Shown here: positions 51,197 to 61,227 of the stretch, one piece after another
Position numbering within the stretch: the first letter of the stretch is position 1
Layout of the letters: every line of letters begins with the position of its first letter
Assembly: GCA_963828195.1 (NCBI GenBank)
Contig: CAWHDT010000003.1
Span: forward strand, 352,001 to 416,000
Length of the DNA: 64,000 nt
Direction of reading: 5' to 3'
DNA from: Candidatus Bathyarchaeota archaeon
Lineage (GTDB): Archaea; Thermoproteota; Bathyarchaeia; Bathyarchaeales; Bathycorpusculaceae
Notes under the pieces: generated by a model
The model's database searches: none
What the model was told of the DNA's origin: nothing
Seen by the model: only the letters and a program-made list of their open reading frames with translations
Position numbers and translations under genes: made by a program

Positions 51197-52206
51197 ATTT
51201 CAATTCTACCTTAGCTCGATTTCAACATTGCATCGAAGCCCTATTATCTCAGCTTCTAATCTATTTCAATTCTACCTTAGCTCGATTTCAACCTGCAAGC
51301 AGTGTTTACGTGCTTATGGTTGTTTCCGCATTTCAATTCTACCTTAGCTCGATTTCAACCGCCTCAAACGATTCTTTTTGTAATCTTTCGCCTTTATTTC
51401 AATTCTACCTTAGCTCGATTTCAACCTGGTCCACTGTAAGGTGTCGCTGTTGGGTTAGTCGATTTCAATTCTACCTTAGCTCGATTTCAACCGCCTCAAA
51501 CGATTCTTTTTGTAATCTTTCGCCTTTATTTCAATTCTACCTTAGCTCGATTTCAACCTGGTCCACTGTAAGGTGTCGCTGTTGGGTTAGTCGATTTCAA
51601 TTCTACCTTAGCTCGATTTCAACCGCTTTTCTTTTTAACTGCGCCACTATTGATTTTTCATTTCAATTCTACCTTAGCTCGATTTCAACATGAAAACGTC
51701 ACGGTGTTGATGGAGGAATCTCAGCATTTCAATTCTACCTTAGCTCGATTTCAACCACAATCAACACTGTTATGTCCGCCGTAACGTTAAGCAATTTCAA
51801 TTCTACCTTAGCTCGATTTCAACATAATGAGCTAATTTGCTAGTGCCATCTGGTTTGCGGATTTCAATTCTACCTTAGCTCGATTTCAACGAAATTCTCT
51901 GATGTTGCACACCTGTTCATGGATTTAATATTTCAATTCTACCTTAGCTCGATTTCAACGAAATTCTCTGATGTTGCGCACCGTTCAGGTTATAATATTT
52001 CAATTCTACCTTAGCTCGATTTCAACAGCTGTCAACGAGGACAATTCTGAGTGATTCAATCTCTGAGTCATTTACGCTCTAATGCATCGTCCTGCAACAA
52101 ATTTCAATTCTACCTTAGCTCGATTTCAACTATAACGCTCCAATGATATCTCTATTGACAACGACTAGATAACTAAATTTCAATTCTACCTTAGCTCGAT
52201 TTCAAC
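51197..52206 (-). CRISPR. CRISPR array: 15 intact 30-bp repeats plus one degenerate
   Basis: Repeat GTTGAAATCGAGCTAAGGTAGAATTGAAAT (minus strand); spacers mostly 36-39 bp. Confidence 0.98.
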
Positions 52207-52311
52207 AGGGCGGTTTTTACGCTTGTTTTTACTATCAAAGCAGGGAATTTAAGGTTTTTCAGGTGCCGTAAAAGTCAAGGTGCAACGGTGCCTCTGATTT
52301 ATAAATGCTTA
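52207..52311 (-). promoter_or_regulatory. CRISPR leader
   Basis: Non-coding segment between cas2 and the first repeat, with a TTTATAAA TATA-like box near 52298. Confidence 0.7.
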
Positions 52312-52575
52312 CTAGAGTACGGTTGTCACTTCGCTTTTTTCTATGCCTAAAACTTCTTTGGTGACCCATTTCGGGTCCGGCGTTTCATAAAAAATGATGG
52401 AGTCTTTGTCTTTCTCAATAAGCTTGTTCAAGCCCACCTTTACTTTTGCCACTTCACCCTCTTTAAGTTCGCCTTCAAACGCAGAGTTTTGCACCCAATT
52501 CAAGTATTGCTTTAGGTATTTCCGCACTCTGTCTATTCTTTCGACAGCTATATCGTAAACTACTATTATGTACAT
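52312..52575 (-). CDS. cas2: CRISPR-associated Cas2
   Basis: MYIIVVYDI...WVQNSAFEG. Confidence 0.95.
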   Translation of the reverse strand: MYIIVVYDIAVERIDRVRKYLKQYLNWVQNSAFEGELKEGEVAKVKVGLNKLIEKDKDSIIFYETPDPKWVTKEVLGIEKSEVTTVL

Positions 52576-52579
52576 CGCG

Positions 52580-53569
52580 TCACCACCATGCTTTGAAGCC
52601 CTCATATTTTTTTTCGCCGAGAAGATGCTTAACCAGCTTATAGCATTCCAACCGAATGAGCCGCTGATATGAAACGTGGCGGTCAAGGGTCTGATGCATC
52701 ACTGTAGTCTTGAGTTTTTCATCGTATTCTTGGACGAAGAGTTTTCTGCCATCTTCTTTTAGGTAGCAGTAGTTCAATTCTTGCAGAAAATGGCTGGGTT
52801 TTATGAGGCGGTTGTTGACTAGGTTAAAGATGGTTCGATCCACTATGATGGGTTTGAAGACTTCGCTTATATCAAGGCTCAACGAGAAGCGTCTTTCGCC
52901 GGGTTCATGCAGATAGCTGATTGTTGGGTTCAGTTGAGTGTTGTAGATTTCCGACAGCGTAGTTGAGTACATCAGTGAGTTGCCGAAGCTTATGAGGCAG
53001 TTCATCATGTTGTCAGGCGGCTGCTTGACGCGTTTGTCCAGTTCAAAGCCTTCCCGCAGGATTTCGCCGTAGCTATTGTAGTAGTGGCTTCTTATGCGTC
53101 CTTCCACGCTCATCAACTCAGAAATCTGGTTGACATGGTCGATTTCTAAGCGGCATTTCTCGATTTCTTCGATGTATGCGTCAACGGGTTTGTCTTGTTT
53201 GCGGTAGTACTGGAGGTTTTTGAGGATGTTGTAGCTGGCGGTGTTTATGAATTCCTTTGCAATCGCCAACCTTTGCGCTTTGTCCATGTAATGCGCTACC
53301 TGTTTAACTATTAGGAAGCCTGAGAGCAAATGCGCGCGTGGGTAGAAGGTGCCTGAGTAGTAGCCGTAGTAGTTGAAGAAGTGGATGGGTATGTGCTTCT
53401 GCGTAAGATAGTTGAGTAGTTTAGTGTTTAGGTCCAATTCGCCGTAAGCGTATATGGCGTAGATATCATTGATGGGAATGGCTTTTTTGCCGTTAACGTT
53501 CTCAAAGTAAACCGTGTTTTCTTCACGCCGCAGCCTGCCGCTGCTCATGATATAGTAGTTTTTAGCCAT
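52580..53569 (-). CDS. cas1: Cas1, subtype I-B
   Basis: HFFNYYGYYSG, EGRIR, NCLISFGNS, YLHEP, LDISEVFKP. Confidence 0.97.
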   Translation of the reverse strand: MAKNYYIMSSGRLRREENTVYFENVNGKKAIPINDIYAIYAYGELDLNTKLLNYLTQKHIPIHFFNYYGYYSGTFYPRAHLLSGFLIVKQVAHYMDKAQRLAIAKEFINTASYNILKNLQYYRKQDKPVDAYIEEIEKCRLEIDHVNQISELMSVEGRIRSHYYNSYGEILREGFELDKRVKQPPDNMMNCLISFGNSLMYSTTLSEIYNTQLNPTISYLHEPGERRFSLSLDISEVFKPIIVDRTIFNLVNNRLIKPSHFLQELNYCYLKEDGRKLFVQEYDEKLKTTVMHQTLDRHVSYQRLIRLECYKLVKHLLGEKKYEGFKAWW

Positions 53570-53572
53570 ACT

Positions 53573-54115
53573 TTAGCACCAACATAACTCGAAGTAACTG
53601 CATTTTTTGCAAAACCCCTTTTTCTCCACCACCGGAGGCTGAGACAAAGCCACGATTTTACCCATCTCCAGCAAGATGCCTTCAAGTTCCTTGATGTTTT
53701 CCTCCGTCAACTCAACGGGTACCGTCTTTTTCAGAAGCGGATAATGCAACACGCCTTTTACCTCAACGCCAAGTTTCTTAAGATAATAAAGGTAGTAGAG
53801 TAACTGGAAGAGGTGTGCTTTCTCCAATCGGCGGGAACGCTTAACCTCATGAATTTCGCCTTTGCCAAGCTCTGCAAAGTCGATTTTGATTCTGCCGATG
53901 CTGACTTCCTTAAACTTGCGGTTATAACCCTCCTCATGAAGAAGCTTACCCAGCAAAACCAAATCCGAATCGGCCTCCAAAGTCAGGTTATGCGAGAAAA
54001 ACCACAACTTGCGAATGCAAACAAAAAAATAATTAATCTCCGTACCAGTAAACGATAGAGCATCTGACGAAGGTTGTTGGGTCAATTCTTTCTCCTCTAT
54101 ATTCTTCATTGTCAT
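53573..54115 (-). CDS. cas4: Cas4
   Basis: YFFVCIRKLW, KID, HEVK, QLLYY and CKKCSYFELC Fe-S motif. Confidence 0.95.
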   Translation of the reverse strand: MTMKNIEEKELTQQPSSDALSFTGTEINYFFVCIRKLWFFSHNLTLEADSDLVLLGKLLHEEGYNRKFKEVSIGRIKIDFAELGKGEIHEVKRSRRLEKAHLFQLLYYLYYLKKLGVEVKGVLHYPLLKKTVPVELTEENIKELEGILLEMGKIVALSQPPVVEKKGFCKKCSYFELCWC

Positions 54116-54134
54116 TTTGTAAACTGATTATATT

Positions 54135-56630
54135 TTAGATTATTCTGAGCTCAATATCATCTTCAGGAATCGTGAAGCCAACATCCTTCTTATACCAATA
54201 ATCGACTTGCTCCTTAGAGATATATCTAAAATCGTCACCAAGAAAGACAGGTAAACTGCTTAGAGAATCTTTGAATCGATTTGCATATCTAATAGTAATT
54301 GTATTTTCATTTATCATCTTTCTCTTTTCTATGAGCTTAGCTTTTCTATCAAAGCCCTTAGTATCTTGTAAAATCTGCTGCACTTCTTCTCTTACACGAA
54401 TTGCTTCGTCATCTCTTTCAACAAATATGGATATAGCGGTATAATCTTCTGCGATAAGCTCGAATTTACCCAAATCCCCCAAGTCCAAAAGACTCAAATG
54501 CTCGACAATTTCTTCAGAATCCTGAATTCTGCTTCTCTCGCCTATTTTTTTATAGTATTCGGAAATAGGTTTAGCCAAGTCTTTTTCTGAAAAGTTTCTT
54601 CCAATTTTTTTCAATACTTCGCATGTGGCATCTACTAGAACCTTGTCGTAAACAAAAGAATGAAAAGGTCTGCTGTTTTCATCCTTCGTTAACAGTATCA
54701 CGTTAAAGATACCTTTTTCTTTCTTATTGTTTCGATTGCATCTTCCTGCCGTTTGAATAATGCTGTCAAGGGGTGCTAAGTCGCGGTAAACTACATCGAC
54801 GCTTATGTCAACACCTGCTTCAATTAATTGTGTGGTTACAATGACTTTTCGGCAGGTATCGACCTTTATTCTGTCGATTCTTCGGAGTCTATCCGATGGT
54901 AAAATATGCGTGGATAGATTGATTAACTCTGTTTTCCCAACCCTATATATTCCATCAGCATCAACGTGGCCTGAGCACTCAGGGCAAAGTGCAAGAAGGC
55001 AATTTCTGAGAAACTCATACAAACGCTGACATGAACCAATTGTGTTTAAAACAATCATTATGTCCTTTGAGTCATTATGTATGATTTCCTGTAATACGGT
55101 TTCTTTAAACGTTTCAAAATCTCTGGGAATAAACTCGCCATTTTCGTTTAAGTCAAGATTAAAATCAACTCGGTCGAAAATTTTGAAATACTCATTTTTA
55201 TCATGTACAAGCTCTTTTGCTTCGTTTGGAAAAATTAATGGCTGAGTCGCAGTCATCAAAATAATCCAACAGTCGAATTTTGACGCCAACAATCTCAGGG
55301 TATTATTGATTAATAGCCAGTATTTGGAGGGGATAGCTTGGACTTCGTCAAGAATTATTATGGAATTTGTTATGTTATGAAATTTTCGTGCTGACCTATT
55401 TTTGTTAGTAATGAGACTATAGAAGAATTGTATGAAGGTAGTAATAACAATTTCAGAGTTCCAAGCTTCTGTAAGTAATAACGCTTTGTTTAAATCCGCG
55501 ATTGGATTTAATTCGGCTTGCAATTCAGCGTCTTTCAATTCAGTATAACTAACATCGGATAAGTGGTGATGCTTTAAAAATAAATTTGAAGGAACAATAT
55601 TATACTGCTGTTTCAGAACTTCGTTCAGAACATAACTGTTTTGGTCTATAATACTTAAAAAAGGCAAACAATAAATTATTCGCGGTACAAAACCAGCCTC
55701 TTTCTCAACTCTATGTCTTAACTTTAGAGCGAAGGAGAACCCAGCTAAGGTTTTACCAATTCCTGTGGGCAAATTAATTGACAGCAACCTATCTTTGTTA
55801 AGGTTAATTTCTGGCAGAGAACGCATTATGTCCACATATGCCCGTTCTCTTTGAGTACTTATTTCGTCAGTGTTAATTTTGAAAGATTTTTCTTTAAAGC
55901 TGTCCACAATATCTTCTTCAAGGGAAGTAATTCTCAAGGGTGACTCCAAGTTAGCTGCATCCATTTTATCTGAATCAAGCAGTACAGAATAGAGAAGCAA
56001 CATTGTAAGGTAATTGCCCATGTCTTTCATATTGCGCATCTTCCGTGTTGCAGCACGAATTTCTTTAGTGAGAGAATCCCAATTCTCAATTTCGTCAAAT
56101 AGCCTTACGACATCCAAGTTGTTGATTAATTCGGCAAAAATTTGTTGAATTTCTTTTAAGTTCTCGGTTTTGATATTACGGATTTGCTCGCTTATGAGCA
56201 TTTTTGATCCAGGGTCTTTTAATGTCGTTGCTTCAGCGCTTTCTTCTCCCCACAGATTTTGAATATTGCCATGATGCTTCTTAACTATAACCCAAGCTAT
56301 TACAGGCAAGCATTGAAATTCTTCAAGTCGCCCTATGGATGATAAGTGAGCTCGCACGACCTGATAGGAAAGAAGTGAGGACAGCAGTCCATGTTGGGCT
56401 TTTTGGGACTTACGGCCCTTAGTAAGAAGGTCTTGAAAATACGTGGTTGCTTTACCTAAGTCATGCGTAACACCGATTAAGCGTGCGACGTCAGCCAGTA
56501 TCTGTTTGTTTTGTATTTCTTTAGACTTTATCAATTTTTCAGAAAAGATACCAACATTTTTCAGATGAATGACTAGAGGCTTATCAGGGTGGGACTTAAG
56601 ATTATAAGAATACAACATTGTCAGGTCCAA
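54135..56630 (-). CDS. cas3: Cas3 HD nuclease-helicase
   Basis: HDLGK, HH, LPTGIGKT, DEVQ, MTATQP, QTAGRCNR. Confidence 0.96.
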   Translation of the reverse strand: MDLTMLYSYNLKSHPDKPLVIHLKNVGIFSEKLIKSKEIQNKQILADVARLIGVTHDLGKATTYFQDLLTKGRKSQKAQHGLLSSLLSYQVVRAHLSSIGRLEEFQCLPVIAWVIVKKHHGNIQNLWGEESAEATTLKDPGSKMLISEQIRNIKTENLKEIQQIFAELINNLDVVRLFDEIENWDSLTKEIRAATRKMRNMKDMGNYLTMLLLYSVLLDSDKMDAANLESPLRITSLEEDIVDSFKEKSFKINTDEISTQRERAYVDIMRSLPEINLNKDRLLSINLPTGIGKTLAGFSFALKLRHRVEKEAGFVPRIIYCLPFLSIIDQNSYVLNEVLKQQYNIVPSNLFLKHHHLSDVSYTELKDAELQAELNPIADLNKALLLTEAWNSEIVITTFIQFFYSLITNKNRSARKFHNITNSIIILDEVQAIPSKYWLLINNTLRLLASKFDCWIILMTATQPLIFPNEAKELVHDKNEYFKIFDRVDFNLDLNENGEFIPRDFETFKETVLQEIIHNDSKDIMIVLNTIGSCQRLYEFLRNCLLALCPECSGHVDADGIYRVGKTELINLSTHILPSDRLRRIDRIKVDTCRKVIVTTQLIEAGVDISVDVVYRDLAPLDSIIQTAGRCNRNNKKEKGIFNVILLTKDENSRPFHSFVYDKVLVDATCEVLKKIGRNFSEKDLAKPISEYYKKIGERSRIQDSEEIVEHLSLLDLGDLGKFELIAEDYTAISIFVERDDEAIRVREEVQQILQDTKGFDRKAKLIEKRKMINENTITIRYANRFKDSLSSLPVFLGDDFRYISKEQVDYWYKKDVGFTIPEDDIELRII

Positions 56631-57309
56631 TTCTGTAGGATGAGTTCTCGGACATTTTCACAGGCTTTCCATCGGTCTCGTATATTACATTCGCAAATTC
56701 TTTTACAATTCGTTCTTGATTCATATAGATAGGAATACGCTCAATGCCATATCGCTTGTTTTCTTCAATTAATAGGCGCCCTCTATCTTTCCGAACTACG
56801 CTTTGAACCATTTCTTCGCCCGTTTTAGCCACTTCATACTCGCCCACGTAAGCAAAGTTTGCTATTAAATTAGCCGTCCCAAGAGAAGGCGTATAATAAC
56901 TGTAATGTTTTCTTAAAAATCCCCCAAACTTTAATCCAATATGTTCTTTTATGGTTTGAAAGTAAATTCTGTATTTTGGGTTCTTTACAAATTCGAATGG
57001 AATAAGCGTACGAGGATTTTCGCCTATGTCTCTAAGGCAGAATCCTCTAGAAGTATCTATTAGCGATATGTTGATTCTAGTTTTTTTCAAAGGATTCATT
57101 ACACGGATAGCAAGTCGCGTATTTTGTGGCGAAAACAGATCGTAATATGAATCGCGGTTTAGCCCAATAATGGCTGAGATGAGCCCTGCCAGCGCTGTTC
57201 CCGTGGGTATAGCGTAAGTTAGAGGGGAAGTGGTTGTCTCTATCTTGCGGAAATGGGCATAATCGCCCCAAATGTCAAAAACAAGAGCCTTAGTTTTCAT
57301 CTCGTCCAT
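56602..57309 (-). CDS. cas5: Cas5, subtype I-B
   Basis: GDYAHFR...TY..P..TA..G and YYTPSLG. Confidence 0.93.
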   Translation of the reverse strand: MDEMKTKALVFDIWGDYAHFRKIETTTSPLTYAIPTGTALAGLISAIIGLNRDSYYDLFSPQNTRLAIRVMNPLKKTRINISLIDTSRGFCLRDIGENPRTLIPFEFVKNPKYRIYFQTIKEHIGLKFGGFLRKHYSYYTPSLGTANLIANFAYVGEYEVAKTGEEMVQSVVRKDRGRLLIEENKRYGIERIPIYMNQERIVKEFANVIYETDGKPVKMSENSSYRIGPDNVVFL

Positions 57310-57328
57310 GACTTTTCTTTCCCAACGT

Positions 57329-58333
57329 CTATTCCAAGCTTAGTTTTGTGGCATTGAGTTCCTCTGTCATAATTTTGATAAAATCAGCACTATTCTTTTT
57401 CTGATTATCTTTGATGAAAGTTAGCTCTGAATTCACTTCAAATTCTATTCTTGCAATTTTGGCTTTATGTTTGCTGAGGCTGTCAACAAGTTCATTGATA
57501 TCCAAATCAAAATCGGCTACGTTACGAATTGCCTCACCGCTTTTTTCTGTAACTAACAAGATTTTTTTGTCTAGATCGCCAATGTGATAATTTTCCTCTT
57601 TGTAAATTATACGCAGCATTAGCCGAGGCATCTGGCCTATCTTAGAGCGCGATACAAGGTTCTTTGTGCCATTCCATAATCCGTCTAGAAGTAAAGATAC
57701 GTCCTCTTCCGTTAAGTGCGTGTACTGAGAAGCGTTTTCGTTAATAATACCATAAAAACAAATAAATGAGTATGGCAGAACATATTCATCTCTGAAGGTT
57801 TTTTGTTCTTTGTCTTTTCCCGAGGCGAATGCACCTGTTCCCTTTATGTGCATTACTTCGACTTTGTGAAGCGAACGCCCCATGCTGAATTGTACAGGCC
57901 CAGTTAAAGTAATTGCGCTTTTTTCTTTTTCGTTCTTCTCAATTGGTACAGTGCCGCCGAACAAACGAACGTCAATGCATTGGCTGAGAATATTTTGCGC
58001 GATAATATCTTTCATTTCGGCAAAGGCGAGATTTTTTTTCTCAACTTTTTCTCCATTTTTAATCAGGAAATCTTCAGCTCGAAGCTTTGCGTCTTGTATT
58101 TTCCCAGCCTCATATTCAATCTCACGTACAAAAATATCACCTGCTTGCTTTTTCCTGAAATTATAGAGATGGTCTCTAACGGTTCTTTTGAGCCTGACAT
58201 CAGTAACAATGTTTATGCCTGTTTCTTCATCAATTCTTGGTTTATTTTCGTCCATTGGGTCGCCATTTGGGTTTGCAAATTGGCTATCATAAAAAAAGAC
58301 TATTTCAGACCTGTTTTTTATCATATTACTCAT
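57329..58333 (-). CDS. cas7: Cas7 (Csh2), subtype I-B
   Basis: ANPNGDP..ENKPRID, TDVRLKR, DVRLFGG, TGPVQF, SRSK. Confidence 0.95.
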   Translation of the reverse strand: MSNMIKNRSEIVFFYDSQFANPNGDPMDENKPRIDEETGINIVTDVRLKRTVRDHLYNFRKKQAGDIFVREIEYEAGKIQDAKLRAEDFLIKNGEKVEKKNLAFAEMKDIIAQNILSQCIDVRLFGGTVPIEKNEKEKSAITLTGPVQFSMGRSLHKVEVMHIKGTGAFASGKDKEQKTFRDEYVLPYSFICFYGIINENASQYTHLTEEDVSLLLDGLWNGTKNLVSRSKIGQMPRLMLRIIYKEENYHIGDLDKKILLVTEKSGEAIRNVADFDLDINELVDSLSKHKAKIARIEFEVNSELTFIKDNQKKNSADFIKIMTEELNATKLSLE

Positions 58334-60131
58334 CCAACTTTTCTTCTGTTACTTTGAAGATTGGAGCTAAAGTCATTCCTAAAGCAAAGAAGTAGCTAGT
58401 TTCTTCACTTGTTAAGTGCCAACCATTGTTTTCTGCTTCTACTAGTGCTTTAGCGGTCGTCTTTTCCAACGTAGTGTATGCCACTTTGTATTCTCTCAAT
58501 TTCTGAATGGCCTCGGGAAAAAGGCTCTTTACTCTATGTTCATCAAGTCGTAATCCAAATAATTTTTCTCTAAACGGCATTGATCCGCGATTTGCAAACT
58601 GAACATCTAGCAAATATTTCGCTAAGACACCTTCTAGAAATGCAGCTTGTTTGCCGGGTGTATTAAAAGCATTCCCGTAGTCCTCAAAAAACTTTGAAAA
58701 TCTATCATCTTCAATTTTTCCAGTCACCGTTTGAGTCCCCCATTCATCCAGTATCTTCAATTTATCAAGTAATAAAATTATCATTAAGGATTTTAAGGAT
58801 AAAACTTTTGTGTAGTAATCATTTCCCTTTGTAAACGAACTACGTAATGTTCTACTGAAAGCGTTAATTAGTAAGCTGGCACGTATTTGTCTTTGCGCGA
58901 GTAAGTCACTTATTATATCTATAAAATATTTGTCGTATATGCCATCAATTTTTGAGTTGGGAAAAAAATCTCTTATCAATTTGCCGATGGAAGTATCTTG
59001 GTCGGGGTTTTTATCAAAGTGACCTACCCATTTGTTACCGAATATAATTTTTAATGCCTCTTCTCGAAAGATAGGCAGGCTATTTTCCGAGTAAATGATT
59101 TCCTTTCTGGCAACGAAAATCTTTTGAATCCACGATGGGGGAACGTCTTCAACATACCGCATTATGTCAAAGTAATCGCTTTGTTTTGGTTTAGTGAAGA
59201 CAAATGTCAAGCCAACTTGCTCTTTTTTATCTGCAATAATTTCTGAAATATTATCTTCTTTACATATTAGACGGTCGTATTGCTTTTTGGGACTTTTAAT
59301 TTCATCTAAAATTTCATCATTAGGCTCAAAAATGAAATCAGGTATTAAGTAAAATTTCAGACCGTACAAGCTTTTGTATAGATATTTATTGAGAAAATCT
59401 TTACCTGCTGATAGCACTATTGCACAATCAGCGCATATTGGCAAACGCTTCCATGCATCTTCTCTTAGGAAGTTTGGAGCAAACCCTCTCTTGTCAAGGG
59501 TGTATATAGAAAATGGCGATGCAAACCCCATAACTTCTTTGGGTTTTCCGCAAATGAAGCAAGTGCCTTCGCCCTTTGCCTCAACATCATGTTTTGAATA
59601 AAAACCTTTAAGCCCTTCATTTTTCAGAATGTTCCTAAAAACCTCAAAATCGCCAATATAGCGTATATTGTTTTCTTCAATTGTTATAGTAACGATTGTA
59701 TTTCGTCTTATGTCTGGCGAAATAGCCTTGTACTCTTTTTCAAAATCACCAAATATTCTCTCTATGTTAACTAAAAACTCTGTCTTAAGAGAAGATAGAA
59801 TTTGATCTTTAAGATATTCGCTTGGGACAGACTTGAACCAAAGCTCAAAACGCTGTCTCATCTTTTCAGGGATAGCTATTCTTGAAGTCGGCGTAACATC
59901 ATACCGTTGATGGCGATAAACTCGGTATAGATATTTTGTCGAGTCCTTCTGATTGAAAGCTCGAAGGAAAATATTTTTGTATAAAAGCCTTCCTTGCTGG
60001 CATTCAAAGTTAATACACAAAACATTTTTTACATCTTCAAGCTTTGAAGATTCAATGAACATGCTTTCAGCGCATAAGCTCTCACTTCGGCAAGCATAAT
60101 CTCCTAGGGCTTTTACAGCGGGTAACATCAT
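58326..60131 (-). CDS. cas8b: Cas8b (Csh1) large subunit
   Basis: CFICG...YTLDK.GF...PICADC Zn motif and C-terminal AFLEGVL...YFFALG; position in operon. Confidence 0.88.
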   Translation of the reverse strand: MMLPAVKALGDYACRSESLCAESMFIESSKLEDVKNVLCINFECQQGRLLYKNIFLRAFNQKDSTKYLYRVYRHQRYDVTPTSRIAIPEKMRQRFELWFKSVPSEYLKDQILSSLKTEFLVNIERIFGDFEKEYKAISPDIRRNTIVTITIEENNIRYIGDFEVFRNILKNEGLKGFYSKHDVEAKGEGTCFICGKPKEVMGFASPFSIYTLDKRGFAPNFLREDAWKRLPICADCAIVLSAGKDFLNKYLYKSLYGLKFYLIPDFIFEPNDEILDEIKSPKKQYDRLICKEDNISEIIADKKEQVGLTFVFTKPKQSDYFDIMRYVEDVPPSWIQKIFVARKEIIYSENSLPIFREEALKIIFGNKWVGHFDKNPDQDTSIGKLIRDFFPNSKIDGIYDKYFIDIISDLLAQRQIRASLLINAFSRTLRSSFTKGNDYYTKVLSLKSLMIILLLDKLKILDEWGTQTVTGKIEDDRFSKFFEDYGNAFNTPGKQAAFLEGVLAKYLLDVQFANRGSMPFREKLFGLRLDEHRVKSLFPEAIQKLREYKVAYTTLEKTTAKALVEAENNGWHLTSEETSYFFALGMTLAPIFKVTEEKLDE

Positions 60132-60891
60132 TGCTTCGCTTCTTTATCAGATTTGTGAATCCGTATCCTATGCTGTTGAGTTCTCCTAGTCCGGTGTCTA
60201 GGGCGAATTGTAGTAGCTTTTGTTTGTCCTTGCTTAAATAATTAAAGGTGAATCGCCAGGTGCTGCCGAAGATTTTGGATTCGCGCCCATCAATTACGAG
60301 GTGGTTGCAGACTTGTTTTTGGAACTCAAACTGTTCGAAGATTGGGAACGCCTCCAATTTTGTGTCGTAAAACTGGTTGTATTTTTTGAACAGGTTGTCT
60401 TCTACTTGTTTGACGAAGGCTTCGAAGGGGTATTGTTTGCGCCAGTAGACGTACTCGTAATCTTGAGGCGGCACGATGTCGTAGTGGGCGTAGTTGGCTT
60501 TGGGTATTCTGGCGACGATGGGTGTGCCCGCCGCCAAGACGCATGAGCCGCCGATTTTGGGCTCCAAAACCGAGATGCCTTCCACGGAAAAAGACATCTC
60601 GCCGATGTTCACCCGTTCCTTGCCGCGGTTAAGCTTCTCCAGTCCGCCTGCAACCACGCCGATCAAGCCCGCGTCGGGGGAAGAGACCAGAAACCGCCGT
60701 GCGTCGCCCTGCTGCATGTCTGTGCTGGGGAAGATGTTGCTGAAGCAGAAGTATTTGTAGCCGCGTTTGTCATGGAGGTCGCTGTAGGCTGAGCCGCGCA
60801 GCTGCTCGTAGATGAAGCCCTGCAGTTTGTGGTGGTACATGAGGTCGTAGATGCAGTTTGCCTCGGCTTTAAGCTCAACGAGCACGCGCAT
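60082..60891 (-). CDS. cas6: Cas6 endoribonuclease
   Basis: YHHKLQGFIY, LHD...YKYFCFS and GLGELNSIGYG glycine loop. Confidence 0.95.
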   Translation of the reverse strand: MRVLVELKAEANCIYDLMYHHKLQGFIYEQLRGSAYSDLHDKRGYKYFCFSNIFPSTDMQQGDARRFLVSSPDAGLIGVVAGGLEKLNRGKERVNIGEMSFSVEGISVLEPKIGGSCVLAAGTPIVARIPKANYAHYDIVPPQDYEYVYWRKQYPFEAFVKQVEDNLFKKYNQFYDTKLEAFPIFEQFEFQKQVCNHLVIDGRESKIFGSTWRFTFNYLSKDKQKLLQFALDTGLGELNSIGYGFTNLIKKRSNDVTRCKSPRRLCLPK

Positions 60892-61009
60892 AAGGCAATC
60901 TTTCGAAGCTTTACCAATTTAACAATTGCGTAACATGCAGAACCAACCCGCCGAAAAACCCCGCCCCACCCGCCCATATCCGACAATAACTTCAACATGG
61001 ATCAACATG

Positions 61010-61139
61010 GAAAGTCGCAACCCGCCCATCCGAAAGTCGCAACACGCAAACGCCTTCAAGACCTAAACCAAAAAACCAAACCAAAACACAACCAGCCAAG
61101 GCGGAAAGTCGCAACTTACGCCACACCGAAAGTCGCAAC
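61010..61139. repeat. Four exact copies of GAAAGTCGCAAC upstream of cas6
   Basis: Copies at 61010, 61032, 61104 and 61128. Confidence 0.88.
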
Positions 61140-61227
61140 AAAAAAATAAAACCCGAAAATTTCAATCGTCAAACAAAAAATTGATAAATGAGGGGTGCTT
61201 TTCTTTAGACGTTAAGGTGAAATTTGA

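Noticed and set aside
51310-51693. 127-aa ORF with repeating FQFYLSSIST
   Set aside because: It is a translation of the CRISPR repeats and spacers, not a gene.
51757-51769. Spacer match ACAATCAACACTG to the start of radB (13100-13112)
   Set aside because: Only 13 bp and the rest of the spacer does not match. I saw no convincing self-targeting or transposon-targeting spacer, though the comparison was by eye.
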